From a virus (taxonomy: Duplodnaviria; Heunggongvirae; Uroviricota; Caudoviricetes), in IMG/VR virus record IMGVR_UViG_3300031760_000004, positions 28,294 through 92,293 of that record: DNA of 64,000 nucleotides. One strand, given 5' to 3'. Both the position numbers and the translations under genes were made by a program. A model generated the notes under the pieces. The model was not told the origin of the DNA. It ran no database searches and saw nothing but the letters and a program-made list of their open reading frames with translations. Of the stretch, positions 35,897 to 45,109 are shown piece after piece; the stretch's first letter is position 1; every line of letters begins with the position of its first letter.

Positions 35897-37395
35897 TCTG
35901 CGACGTCAACATGCAGACGAGACTGCTGTGCGCGCTGGCCTCGGATCCCGAGTTCCTGCGCCAGAACGTGAACAAGCTCAGGCTGTCGGACTTCACGTCC
36001 GCGGCGGTGAGGCTTGTGTTCGAGACGATGAGGGCCCACTACGCCAAGTACCAGGCCCATCCCACCTCCAGGGTGTTCCCCGACGAGGTGCTGAACGCCA
36101 TGAAGGGCATAGGCCCCGACGGCCAGGAGTCCATAGTCACCGACGTTCCGGAAACCTCGCTGAGGTCGGTCGCCGCCTGCCTCGGGAAAGTCGTGTCCGC
36201 CCTGTCCCACCAGACGGCGGAGGACACCCCGTACTGGAAGGATAGGCTCAAGGAGTACCTCTACACGGTGAGGCTGTCGGCGATGCCGGGGCAGGACATG
36301 ACAGCCACGGAGCAGATCGCCGCGGCCGCCAAGATCAAGGAGGACGTGGAGTCCATCACCGGCGGCGAGAAGAAGGGGCTGGCCAAGTCCGCAAGGACCA
36401 GGGTCGTCAAGAAGAAGACGATGGTCCCTAAGAGGTTCGGCACCGGGGTGTGGCCCATAGACATCCGCATGCGCATGGGAATGGAGCTCGGCGAGGCCGG
36501 GTGCGTTCTGGCGGGATCGGGCGTGGGCAAGACCAACATGCTCATCAACTTCGCGGTCAACGCCGCGTTGCGCGGGCAGAGGGCGCTGTTCCTGACCCTT
36601 GAGGTCTCGGACGAGATAATCCTGCGCCGCCTGCACGCGATGATGGGCAACTTCAGGATGTCGTCCATGGACAAGCCGGAGGAGGACTGGGACAGGCAGG
36701 AGCTCGCCCGGTACGACTACATGATGTCCCCAAGGTTCCCGAACGCCGACTACGTGACCATCAACTACGAGTACGTGTCCAAGATGCCCACGGTCGACGA
36801 CCTCGACAGGGAGATAGGGAACTGGCGCGAGGACCTCAGGAAGGACGGGGTGTCCGACGAGGACGCGCCGCTCGTGTGCGTCGACTACATCCGGCAGATC
36901 GACCCTGGGAATCTATCCACAAAGAACGACAACACGAACACCAAGTACGGCGCCATAATGCAGGGGCTGAAACGCCTGGCGATGAAGCACCACTGCATAA
37001 TCTGGACCGCGCAGCAGGTGACGCGAATCGCGAACCGCAAGGAGCACATCCACAAGGACGACATCGCAGATTCCATCGCGATCGTCAACCATTGCGACGT
37101 GATCCTGGGGTTCGTGCCGGTCGGCGGGATGGACGCGCAGCAGTCTCCGACAACCGAGGAGACGGAGGACGACACGGCCGACAACCACTCCGACAAGGAG
37201 AGGCTGATGAACGTCGACTTTGTCAAGCTGAGGAACTCGGGCGAGACCGGTTCGTTCTGCACGGTGTTCCAGGGCCGCTCGCTGCGGCTGTGGACAAGCG
37301 AGCAGTACGCCAGAGTCGTCGAGAAGATGGCCATGCAGGTGAACACGGTGGAGGACTACGACAGGTTCTTCGCGAACATGCGACCGAAGGCCTGA
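35893..37395 (+). CDS. DnaB/gp4-family hexameric replicative helicase
   Basis: Walker A GSGVGKTNMLINFAVNAAL. DnaB-like N-terminal domain. Internal Met of ORF 35839..37395 with ATGA overlap. Confidence 0.7.
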   Translation: MICDVNMQTRLLCALASDPEFLRQNVNKLRLSDFTSAAVRLVFETMRAHYAKYQAHPTSRVFPDEVLNAMKGIGPDGQESIVTDVPETSLRSVAACLGKVVSALSHQTAEDTPYWKDRLKEYLYTVRLSAMPGQDMTATEQIAAAAKIKEDVESITGGEKKGLAKSARTRVVKKKTMVPKRFGTGVWPIDIRMRMGMELGEAGCVLAGSGVGKTNMLINFAVNAALRGQRALFLTLEVSDEIILRRLHAMMGNFRMSSMDKPEEDWDRQELARYDYMMSPRFPNADYVTINYEYVSKMPTVDDLDREIGNWREDLRKDGVSDEDAPLVCVDYIRQIDPGNLSTKNDNTNTKYGAIMQGLKRLAMKHHCIIWTAQQVTRIANRKEHIHKDDIADSIAIVNHCDVILGFVPVGGMDAQQSPTTEETEDDTADNHSDKERLMNVDFVKLRNSGETGSFCTVFQGRSLRLWTSEQYARVVEKMAMQVNTVEDYDRFFANMRPKA

Positions 37396-37406
37396 CAGGA
37401 GCAGAC

Positions 37407-38396
37407 ATGACCGAGAGACAGCTGAGAAAGGCGCTGTCCTCGAAGTTCGGCGGGCTGACGGAGTCAAGCGGCGGAAACGGCGTGGAGCTCCTTGTCGACT
37501 GCCCGTGGTGCGGCCGGCACAAGCTGTCGGTCAACCCATCAAAGGGAGTGTGGCAGTGCTGGCATTGCCACGAAAGCGGAACGGTCTCCAAGCTGCTCGG
37601 CCAACCTGTGAAGGTGGAGGTCGAGCAGCGGAGGCCGAAGCCGCGTCCCCGAGGGTACGAGCCGCCCGGCGAGCTGATACCGCTGGCCGACCTGCCGTCC
37701 GAACACGAGGCGTCGCTGTACGTAAGGAACAGGGGTTTCGACCCCAAGTACCTATCCGACACGTTCGGAATCACATACTGCCGTCATGGCAGGAAGTATG
37801 CCGACGGGCTGTTCGACGCCAACGGAACCATAGTCATACCGGTGTCCGAGAACGGCGTCGACATCGCGTGGCAGGCCCGGCTCCTCTACGACCCGGACAA
37901 GGTGCGGGAGGGCGAGGAGGCCGCGTACGGCTGGAAGTGTGAGGATGGCAAGTACAAGAAACCGCCCAAGTACTTCACATCGCCAGGCTTTCGCAAGGGC
38001 GAGCACTTCTTCAACTTCGACCAAGCCGCCAAGTGCGGTTTCGTCGTGGTCACCGAGGGCGCCTTCGACGCCATGCGCGTCGGCAGGTGCGCGGTTGCCG
38101 CGTTCGGAAAGGGGCTCACCGACACCCAGGTGCAGATACTTCGCGACACCTGGAAGCTCGTGGTGCTCCTTCTGGACCCGGACGCCGAGGAAGACCAGCG
38201 AAGGCTTTTTGAGCGCATCGAGGGGCGCGGGTTCATGGGGCGCAACTCCACCGGGGTGCGCTGCGTTCCGGTGAGACTGGCCGGATACAAGGACGCCGGA
38301 GAGGCGCCCGAATCGGAAGTGCGGAGACAGATCGTCCAGTCAGCCGCCGCCGAGGGGGTGGACCTATCGGCATATTCAAGGACGAATCCGTTTTAG
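37407..38396 (+). CDS. DNA primase (zinc-ribbon plus TOPRIM)
   Basis: CPWCGRHKLSVNP...WQCWHCHESG zinc finger. TOPRIM-like VVVTEGAFDAMRV...LLLDPDAEED. Internal Met of ORF 36876..38396. Confidence 0.7.
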   Translation: MTERQLRKALSSKFGGLTESSGGNGVELLVDCPWCGRHKLSVNPSKGVWQCWHCHESGTVSKLLGQPVKVEVEQRRPKPRPRGYEPPGELIPLADLPSEHEASLYVRNRGFDPKYLSDTFGITYCRHGRKYADGLFDANGTIVIPVSENGVDIAWQARLLYDPDKVREGEEAAYGWKCEDGKYKKPPKYFTSPGFRKGEHFFNFDQAAKCGFVVVTEGAFDAMRVGRCAVAAFGKGLTDTQVQILRDTWKLVVLLLDPDAEEDQRRLFERIEGRGFMGRNSTGVRCVPVRLAGYKDAGEAPESEVRRQIVQSAAAEGVDLSAYSRTNPF

Positions 38397-38405
38397 GGGA
38401 ACAAC

Positions 38406-38693
38406 ATGGATAATAAAACAAGAGGGGAAACGAGCGTGACGGCCGAGCAGGCCCGCAAGATTGCTGAGTCTGCCGCGCCACGGATAAACAGGGAACTGTA
38501 CGGACAGGCCTGCCGCGAGATACGCTCCGCGGCGCAGGTCGGCAAGTGTTCGTGCCTGCTTCCAGTCGAATACGGCTACGAGCAGCAGAACGCTCTGGCC
38601 AAGAGGCTCGCGGACGATGGTTTCAAGGTGGACTGGGTGTGCACGGCTGGACCTCGCACGGATGACTGCGCAGTCATGAAAATCAAGTGGTAG
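38406..38693 (+). CDS. Hypothetical small protein
   Basis: 95 aa ORF. Confidence 0.45.
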   Translation: MDNKTRGETSVTAEQARKIAESAAPRINRELYGQACREIRSAAQVGKCSCLLPVEYGYEQQNALAKRLADDGFKVDWVCTAGPRTDDCAVMKIKW

Positions 38694-38702
38694 GAGGTTG
38701 AC

Positions 38703-39257
38703 ATGGGAAGTTCATCGGCATGGGTGGCCATGAAGGCCAAGGACTACAATAGTCTCAGAAAAAAGTACCCCGACTACGAGCTGATCAACGAGGTGAACCA
38801 GGAAGGGCTGTACGACATTCTCGAGTCGTACGGACTAGGAGGTGGAATCGTTTACGACGAGCCGTTCGACTCAGAGTGGGAGAAAACTCCAGAGTACTTA
38901 TGGTTCTCAACTAACCAGATGAGACTGGGGTTGGAGAAGCTTGAAACCGGGGACGTAATGATATGGTTCCCATCGGCGAAGGACAAGCAGGAATGGTTCC
39001 GGCCATACTTCGAGACATTCAGGAAGAGGCTGATAAACGAGCTTGCAAAGCTCACAATAGAGAGTTATTCGGCCTACGATGTAGGCGACTCGGCGTGGCG
39101 CATTAAGGAAGCATACAGCGGCTGCTGGGATGGCCGCGTATTAACGTACGACGGAGAAGGACGGATGTCCGACTTTGACACCCCAATGAACTTCCTGAGA
39201 CTCATGAAGCCAAGGGAGAAATGGGTGGTCGCAGGAAAGGAATGGAGGTACAAGTGA
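38703..39257 (+). CDS. Hypothetical protein in an AT-richer (~50% GC) island
   Basis: 184 aa. Ribosome-binding site AGGAGGTTGACATG. Confidence 0.5.
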   Translation: MGSSSAWVAMKAKDYNSLRKKYPDYELINEVNQEGLYDILESYGLGGGIVYDEPFDSEWEKTPEYLWFSTNQMRLGLEKLETGDVMIWFPSAKDKQEWFRPYFETFRKRLINELAKLTIESYSAYDVGDSAWRIKEAYSGCWDGRVLTYDGEGRMSDFDTPMNFLRLMKPREKWVVAGKEWRYK

Positions 39258-39559
39258 TGATTGACACAATATGGCAGTACACGCAGGGCGAGGTCGTCCT
39301 GTCTGTCCCACAGATCATGGATATATCCATGGTGGAGGGCATCATAGTCAATGGAGACAAGATTCCAGAAAACATGGTGCACATACCGCTTTCGAAGGTG
39401 GATTACGCCATTACCAATACCGAGTACCGTAAAAAGTACGTCGAGTTCTCAATTGGCGTAAGGTCATTCTACGTGATCGACTCACCAGAAGTGAGACAAG
39501 CGCTTGAGAACACAATGTTCGAGAACGTGTTCTCCGGAGGCGGTGATGAACGCGACTGA
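39257..39559 (+). CDS. Hypothetical protein (AT-richer island)
   Basis: Internal Met of ORF 39221..39559. ATGA overlap. Confidence 0.45.
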   Translation: MIDTIWQYTQGEVVLSVPQIMDISMVEGIIVNGDKIPENMVHIPLSKVDYAITNTEYRKKYVEFSIGVRSFYVIDSPEVRQALENTMFENVFSGGGDERD

Positions 39560-39821
39560 AAAGATCCTCGACGAGCCAAAGAAATGGGAGCATCTGGCTC
39601 TCAGGTACGCCGAGTCAATAGGCGTGTACGAGTACCAGGTGAATGACCATTTCATGGAGTACTGGTCGTTCTACGGCAACGAGGGCTGGTACTTCATCCG
39701 GTACGACCTTGAGGCCGGCAAGGAGGTATTCCGCGGCGCCAACATTCCGTGGGATGGTCTGATTCCCAGGTTCCTTCTGACGGAATCGGGGGCAACAAAA
39801 TACAACTACTTGGAGGGTTGA
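39546..39821 (+). CDS. Hypothetical protein (AT-richer island)
   Basis: Internal Met of ORF 39504..39821 (MNATEKILDEPKKWEH...). Confidence 0.45.
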   Translation: MNATEKILDEPKKWEHLALRYAESIGVYEYQVNDHFMEYWSFYGNEGWYFIRYDLEAGKEVFRGANIPWDGLIPRFLLTESGATKYNYLEG

Positions 39822-39823
39822 CA

Positions 39824-40450
39824 ATGGATGGCAAGGAACTAGACGTGCAGGTAGTAAAAAACGCATACGAGCGGCGCATGCACGCGCTGGCGCAGCTGAT
39901 GCTGTCCCTGAACGGCGGCGGCGTGCAGGAGCTGTACGACGCGTCCGGGTCGGACAGCCAGGTGTTCGCGAACGAGGTCACGCGTCTGGCGTCCGACTTC
40001 GCCGACGAGTGGGCCAAGGTGCCCGGCGACGTCCACGACGAACTCGGGGAGGACTACGTCGAGGAGATCGACCTCATGGCGGACTGGATGAGGGCCCACG
40101 CCGCGGACATAATGGAGAACTCGCTCGAGTACGGCCTGTACAGGGCCGGCAGGCCCAAGTTCTCGATGGTGGTGGAGGATCTCTCATCCGACATGACCGG
40201 CTCCAACTGTGATGTGACGACGTCCGAGAAGAAGGAGCTGATCGCCCAGGACGCCAGCCGCGCATGGGAGGAGATGCTCAACCAGGCCTTTATCAGCAAC
40301 GCGATCGGCGCGATCAGGTCCGGAAGCGGGTCATCCGAAATGATCTGGAGGGACTCGAAGGTGTTCGAGGCGGTGGAGCGCGACAAGCGCGGTATCGTGT
40401 TCGGCCACCGCCGGTACAGGCTTGAAATGGAGAAGGAGGAGCTGCGATGA
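39824..40450 (+). CDS. Hypothetical protein
   Basis: Internal Met (MDGKELDVQVV...) of ORF 39749..40450. Confidence 0.5.
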   Translation: MDGKELDVQVVKNAYERRMHALAQLMLSLNGGGVQELYDASGSDSQVFANEVTRLASDFADEWAKVPGDVHDELGEDYVEEIDLMADWMRAHAADIMENSLEYGLYRAGRPKFSMVVEDLSSDMTGSNCDVTTSEKKELIAQDASRAWEEMLNQAFISNAIGAIRSGSGSSEMIWRDSKVFEAVERDKRGIVFGHRRYRLEMEKEELR

Positions 40451-41487
40451 GAGAGTTTGAGTCAACATCCCAGATATTCCCGCTGGTGGATGTCGGCACG
40501 TACTGGGGACGGTACGAATTCGAACGAATGTGGTACGACTACATCGAGCAGGACAGGGAGGAGGGGTACATCGTATGCGACGACTACGACTTCGACGAGT
40601 TTAAGAAGGCGCTGTGCGAGAGCGTGCAGCGTGTCTTCGACAAGGAGAAGCCGCTTGAGAAATACGGTGTAAAGGCGTTCCATGCGGACAAGATAGGGTC
40701 TCCACGCGAATACAACTTCATGGACGACTGGCTCGAGTTCCGCGTGGAGGTTGACGACGACTGGTTCGACAAGTCGGCCGAGATCCTCAGAAAGCCCGAA
40801 AACAAGGCGCTGGTGGACAAGTACATACATGACCACTGGCACTCGTGTGACGGGTTCACCTCGTTCATGCCATACGACCTGGACGAGCTGCTTGAGAACG
40901 CGTTCGGCCTCAGAGACCATCCGGAGGACTGGCAGTTCTCACGCGAGGAGGACCGCACGGTCGGCGGAATCCTGTGCCTGCTCGTGCACGTGGACGGCAG
41001 GATGGAGAATGAAGACGGCGACGAGGAATGCGACAAGAGCGGCAGTTTCGACCCGTTCAAGCTGCTCCGCGACGAGCTGTCCGATCTGGTGTACGAGGAC
41101 TTTACCGGGTGCCACACCCATTCAGACTTCATGACGACCGTTGACCGCGAAGAAGTGGACAAGGTGTTCAAGAAGCACTATCTGAAGTTCGACTCCGTGA
41201 TGGACGGCATCGCCGGCGACTACAAGAAGTACCGAGAGGCCATGGCCGGAAACGAGTCGTCGCTGCGGAAGGCGGAGAGATGGTTCGAGGCCGTGAGCCG
41301 CGAGATCGACGACTACAAGCGTAGGCAGGATGAGATAATCTCCGCATACTTCGACCGGTTCGCGCCGAAGGATGAGGTAAAGAAGCTCATTAAGAAGGAC
41401 GAAATCGTTGAGGAGCTGCACGACTTGCGCAAGGAGTTCGACAAGGACCGCGAGTTCAAGTGGCAGGGCTTCTGGAAGGAGAAGTGA
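40447..41487 (+). CDS. Hypothetical acidic protein
   Basis: 346 aa. ATGA overlap. Confidence 0.5.
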   Translation: MREFESTSQIFPLVDVGTYWGRYEFERMWYDYIEQDREEGYIVCDDYDFDEFKKALCESVQRVFDKEKPLEKYGVKAFHADKIGSPREYNFMDDWLEFRVEVDDDWFDKSAEILRKPENKALVDKYIHDHWHSCDGFTSFMPYDLDELLENAFGLRDHPEDWQFSREEDRTVGGILCLLVHVDGRMENEDGDEECDKSGSFDPFKLLRDELSDLVYEDFTGCHTHSDFMTTVDREEVDKVFKKHYLKFDSVMDGIAGDYKKYREAMAGNESSLRKAERWFEAVSREIDDYKRRQDEIISAYFDRFAPKDEVKKLIKKDEIVEELHDLRKEFDKDREFKWQGFWKEK

Positions 41488-41488
41488 C

Positions 41489-44278
41489 ATGGGAACATAC
41501 GACGGAGAGCACGCGAGGACAAAGGCTAAGCCGAAGAAACTGGAGGAAGGCCCCGGATGGTTCCGTGAGCCATTTTCCGAGATCGACGGCCGCAAGTGCC
41601 TCAACGGAACCGGGCCCGTGCCGGCGAAGGTGCTCTTCGTCGACAAGGTCCCGGACGAGAGGGAGGTCTGGACCCGCAAGCCGTACAGCGGCCGCACGGG
41701 CCAGTTCCTCTTCGAGTGCCTGAAGAAGGCCGGGTGGTCAAAGGAGCAGATAAAGGCCTGCAGGTTCACATACGCGACGCACCACGCCCCGAAGAAGTAC
41801 ACCGCGGCCGAGGTCAACTGGGGCAAGCGCATGTTCCGCGAGGAGCTCTACGAGACCGGGGCGGAAATCGTGGTGTGCTTCGGGGCCGAGCCGCTCAAGC
41901 AGGTGGTAGGACCCACATACAGGTGGGACGACGTCCACGGGGCGTTCATCAAGCCGGATTCGATCGAGGACTGCTGGTTTACGATGTTCCCGACCTTCAA
42001 TCTCGAGCAGGTGCTGTTCGGGCCGAAATGGGACAAGTACTTCCTGCGCGACCTGGAGTGGATCCGGAGGCGCATGGAGGGTGACGAAATAAAGCCTCCG
42101 AGATGCGACCACGCGGTCATAGCCGACCCAAGGGCCATAGACATGCTCCGGGAAACGCTGGAGCGATATCCCGGCAAGACGGTGGTGGCGCTCGACTGCG
42201 AATGGAACGGCCGCAACTGGATGGACCCGGAGAGGTATCTCCGGACCGTCCAGATCGGGTTCCGCAAGGGCCGGGTCATGACCGTCGAGCTGAACTACGA
42301 GGGTGGCAGGCCGGTCATGGAACCTGGCGTGGAGACAGCCGTGATGGACGCCCTGAAGCGGTTTCTGGAGTCGCCGAAGATATGCATCTGCGGCCACAAC
42401 GTGATCGCCGACGGCGAGTGGCTGCTGAGCTACGGAATCGACATCCGAGAGCACGTGGTGTACGACACCATGCTGGCCGAGCACATAATCGACCAGAACG
42501 GGCCGTTCGGCCTGGAGGCGCTCTCGATGAAGTACACCGACTACGGCCGGTACTCGACGGACGTCGAGGTGTGGGTCAGGCGCCACCAGAACGCGAAGCT
42601 GCCGGACACCAGCGCCTACGGCTACGGGTATGTCCCGAGGGACATGCTGCTCAAGTATGGGTACATAGACGTGGATGTGCTCCACTACATCATGGAGAAG
42701 CAGATACCGATCCTCCGTGAAAGGGGCTGCCTGAAGCCCCGTGGGCTTCACAAGGAGTATCCGAGTTTGTTCCACACCGTGATGAAGGTCCAGAAGGTCA
42801 CGTACGACCTGGAGCTCAACGGGCTCCCGGTGGACATGGCCCAGCTGGACATGCTGACGGAAAAGTACCAGAAGGCAAGGTCGGAGACGCTGTCCAAGGT
42901 CATGGCCATGGCGCGTGCGGCAGGGTTCGAGGATTTCAACCCCAGGTCGGCCATACACCTCAGGAAGATGCTGTTCGGGGTCCTGGGCCTTACGCCCATA
43001 AAGACCACGGACGGAGACGACTGGGGCGACGTGGCCGGCGAGATGGGAATGGACTCCGAGGAGGAGGTTTCTGCCTCGACCGACAAGACCACCCTGCAGA
43101 TTCTGGAAGGCCAGCACCCGTTCGTGGACGCCCTGCTGGACTTCCGCCGCGTGGACCAGGTCTGCAAGACATGGCTCACCAAGGAGAAGGACGGCGAGCC
43201 GGCGGGGTTGTACGCCCTGCTCTGGCCCGACTGCACGCTGAAGCCGCACTACAGCCCGCTCACCGCAACCGGACGCATGAGGGTGTCGGCCCCGAACAGC
43301 CAGAACTTCCCGAAGGCGGCGGAGTCGTACTTGACCAAGATATTCGGCGAGGGAAATGAACCGCCGATGATACGGACGATCGTGAAGCCGCGCAACGAGT
43401 GGATTCAGATCGAGGCGGACTTCTGCGCCGCCGAACTCAACATCCTCGGGAACCTGTCGCAGGACCCGAACATGCTCAGGGCGCTCAACACGCCTGGGCT
43501 GGACCTGCACGACAAGACCGCGGTGGATTCATTCGGGCTCGTGATGTACGACGAGAACGGCAGGGAGGTCACGGAGGACGACCTGGTCAGGCTGGCGGCC
43601 GAGATGGGCGAGGAGTCCGACGACTACCAGCACTTCATGAAGACGCTGACCTATGTGGACAAGCAGGGGAAGCGCATGACAAGGTCGGAGATGAAGAGCT
43701 CCATACGAGTCATAGCGAAGAGCCTGAACTTCGGCATTGCCTATGGCCGCGGGGCGCGTGCCATCTCGCTCGCCGTCAAGGCGCAGACGGGATCCAAGGA
43801 ACCGCTGGACGCCATCATCCCCGGTGTCGCCGCATCTGTGGAGGGCTGGAAGACAAAGGCCTATCCAGTGGCATGGAAATGGCTTGTGGACCACCAGCAG
43901 ATGATCTACGACCCCGGATACGTGGAGAACCCGTGGGGGCGCCGCAAGTATGTGTACCTGAGGAACGGCGAGAAGAGCCCGAGCCTGGAAAGGGAGGCCG
44001 GAAATTTCCCAATACAATCGTGCTGTGCGGACTCCGTCCAGATCGCGATGGGAAAGCTGCTGGACTTCAAGGAGACTGCCGGGTTCCCGTTCCGAATCCA
44101 GAACCAAATCCACGACGCCCTGATGATCGAAACGCCTCGAGAGCATATCGAGGAGGCGAAAGAGGTCCTCAGGAAGTCGATGTCGGAGATAGACATCCCG
44201 ATCCCCGGCACCAGCAAGACATTCCGTCTCGGCGTCGACATAGACGTATACGAGCGTTGGGGTGTGAAGATGAAGTAA
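41489..44278 (+). CDS. Family-A DNA polymerase (3'-5' exonuclease plus polymerase) with an N-terminal uracil-DNA-glycosylase family-4-like domain
   Basis: N-terminus GTGPVPAKVLFVDKVPDEREV...PYSGRTGQFLFECLKKAG parallels UDG family 4 motif A (GeGPxxAxxmxvGExPG...PFvGxaGxLL) but with DKVPD instead of GExPG. Exo I VVALDCEWNG. Polymerase motif B RSEMKSSIRVIAKSLNFGIAYG. Motif C IQNQIHDALMIE. Confidence 0.8.
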   Translation: MGTYDGEHARTKAKPKKLEEGPGWFREPFSEIDGRKCLNGTGPVPAKVLFVDKVPDEREVWTRKPYSGRTGQFLFECLKKAGWSKEQIKACRFTYATHHAPKKYTAAEVNWGKRMFREELYETGAEIVVCFGAEPLKQVVGPTYRWDDVHGAFIKPDSIEDCWFTMFPTFNLEQVLFGPKWDKYFLRDLEWIRRRMEGDEIKPPRCDHAVIADPRAIDMLRETLERYPGKTVVALDCEWNGRNWMDPERYLRTVQIGFRKGRVMTVELNYEGGRPVMEPGVETAVMDALKRFLESPKICICGHNVIADGEWLLSYGIDIREHVVYDTMLAEHIIDQNGPFGLEALSMKYTDYGRYSTDVEVWVRRHQNAKLPDTSAYGYGYVPRDMLLKYGYIDVDVLHYIMEKQIPILRERGCLKPRGLHKEYPSLFHTVMKVQKVTYDLELNGLPVDMAQLDMLTEKYQKARSETLSKVMAMARAAGFEDFNPRSAIHLRKMLFGVLGLTPIKTTDGDDWGDVAGEMGMDSEEEVSASTDKTTLQILEGQHPFVDALLDFRRVDQVCKTWLTKEKDGEPAGLYALLWPDCTLKPHYSPLTATGRMRVSAPNSQNFPKAAESYLTKIFGEGNEPPMIRTIVKPRNEWIQIEADFCAAELNILGNLSQDPNMLRALNTPGLDLHDKTAVDSFGLVMYDENGREVTEDDLVRLAAEMGEESDDYQHFMKTLTYVDKQGKRMTRSEMKSSIRVIAKSLNFGIAYGRGARAISLAVKAQTGSKEPLDAIIPGVAASVEGWKTKAYPVAWKWLVDHQQMIYDPGYVENPWGRRKYVYLRNGEKSPSLEREAGNFPIQSCCADSVQIAMGKLLDFKETAGFPFRIQNQIHDALMIETPREHIEEAKEVLRKSMSEIDIPIPGTSKTFRLGVDIDVYERWGVKMK

Positions 44279-44293
44279 CCAAGGAGAAGAACC

Positions 44294-44707
44294 ATGACAA
44301 GAATCGTGAAGGAATACATCGAGGCCAAGATCCGCGAGGGTGCGCAGCCGATGTTGGACAAGATTAACCACGACGTCGATGAAATCGACAAAAACACGCC
44401 AACTGACAATGACGTCGAAAAGGCCGTATTCGGCAGCGCCGAGTACAAGGCCCTCGAGACGTTCATCCGCAAGTGGGCCAAGGCGCACCACGCAACGGTC
44501 AGGAGCACAGCGTACCGGGCGTCGCATCTTATGAGCACCGAGTTCGTAATGGACTTCGACGCCACAATAAACGCACGCAAGACGCTGGGAGCCTTTGAGG
44601 ACAAGCTAAACACGGCAATTCGTGACGCGCTGGTGGCGATGGAGCTGTCCAAGTCCAAGGAGGACGTGGACCAGCTAATCGCGAAGGCCATAGAGGGGCT
44701 GAAGTAG
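44294..44707 (+). CDS. Hypothetical protein
   Basis: 137 aa. Ribosome-binding site AAGGAGAAGAACCATG. Confidence 0.5.
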   Translation: MTRIVKEYIEAKIREGAQPMLDKINHDVDEIDKNTPTDNDVEKAVFGSAEYKALETFIRKWAKAHHATVRSTAYRASHLMSTEFVMDFDATINARKTLGAFEDKLNTAIRDALVAMELSKSKEDVDQLIAKAIEGLK

Positions 44708-44709
44708 CC

Positions 44710-45042
44710 ATGGCAGCGGACTTCCGAGCATACGTCGCCACGGACAATCCGGAGCGCAGCGCCTGGAACGGCCTGCGCCGAGCCATCGCCGAGGCGTACC
44801 CAAACGACCCGTGCATGGCCGACAGGGTATGCTACGAAGACACAGACGGCGTATACCGCTTCGTGTCCCAGATCCTCTGCGCGAACCAACGCAGGGCAAA
44901 GCGTATCGAGGAGCTCATGAACGCCCTCGATGAGGCAAAGGACGCCCTGTACCGGATTTCGGACAGGGCTGAGAGCGCGATGAACGCGGCTTCCGACGTC
45001 ATCGAGAAGGTTGGGGACGTATCGGTCCAGGAAGTGGTATAA
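44710..45042 (+). CDS. Hypothetical protein
   Basis: 110 aa. Confidence 0.45.
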   Translation: MAADFRAYVATDNPERSAWNGLRRAIAEAYPNDPCMADRVCYEDTDGVYRFVSQILCANQRRAKRIEELMNALDEAKDALYRISDRAESAMNAASDVIEKVGDVSVQEVV

Positions 45043-45109
45043 TCATTTCGCCCGCCGATGGCCGCGGTGGCTGTAGGCGGAGGTCAAAAAACAACAGAAA
45101 GGTACAATC

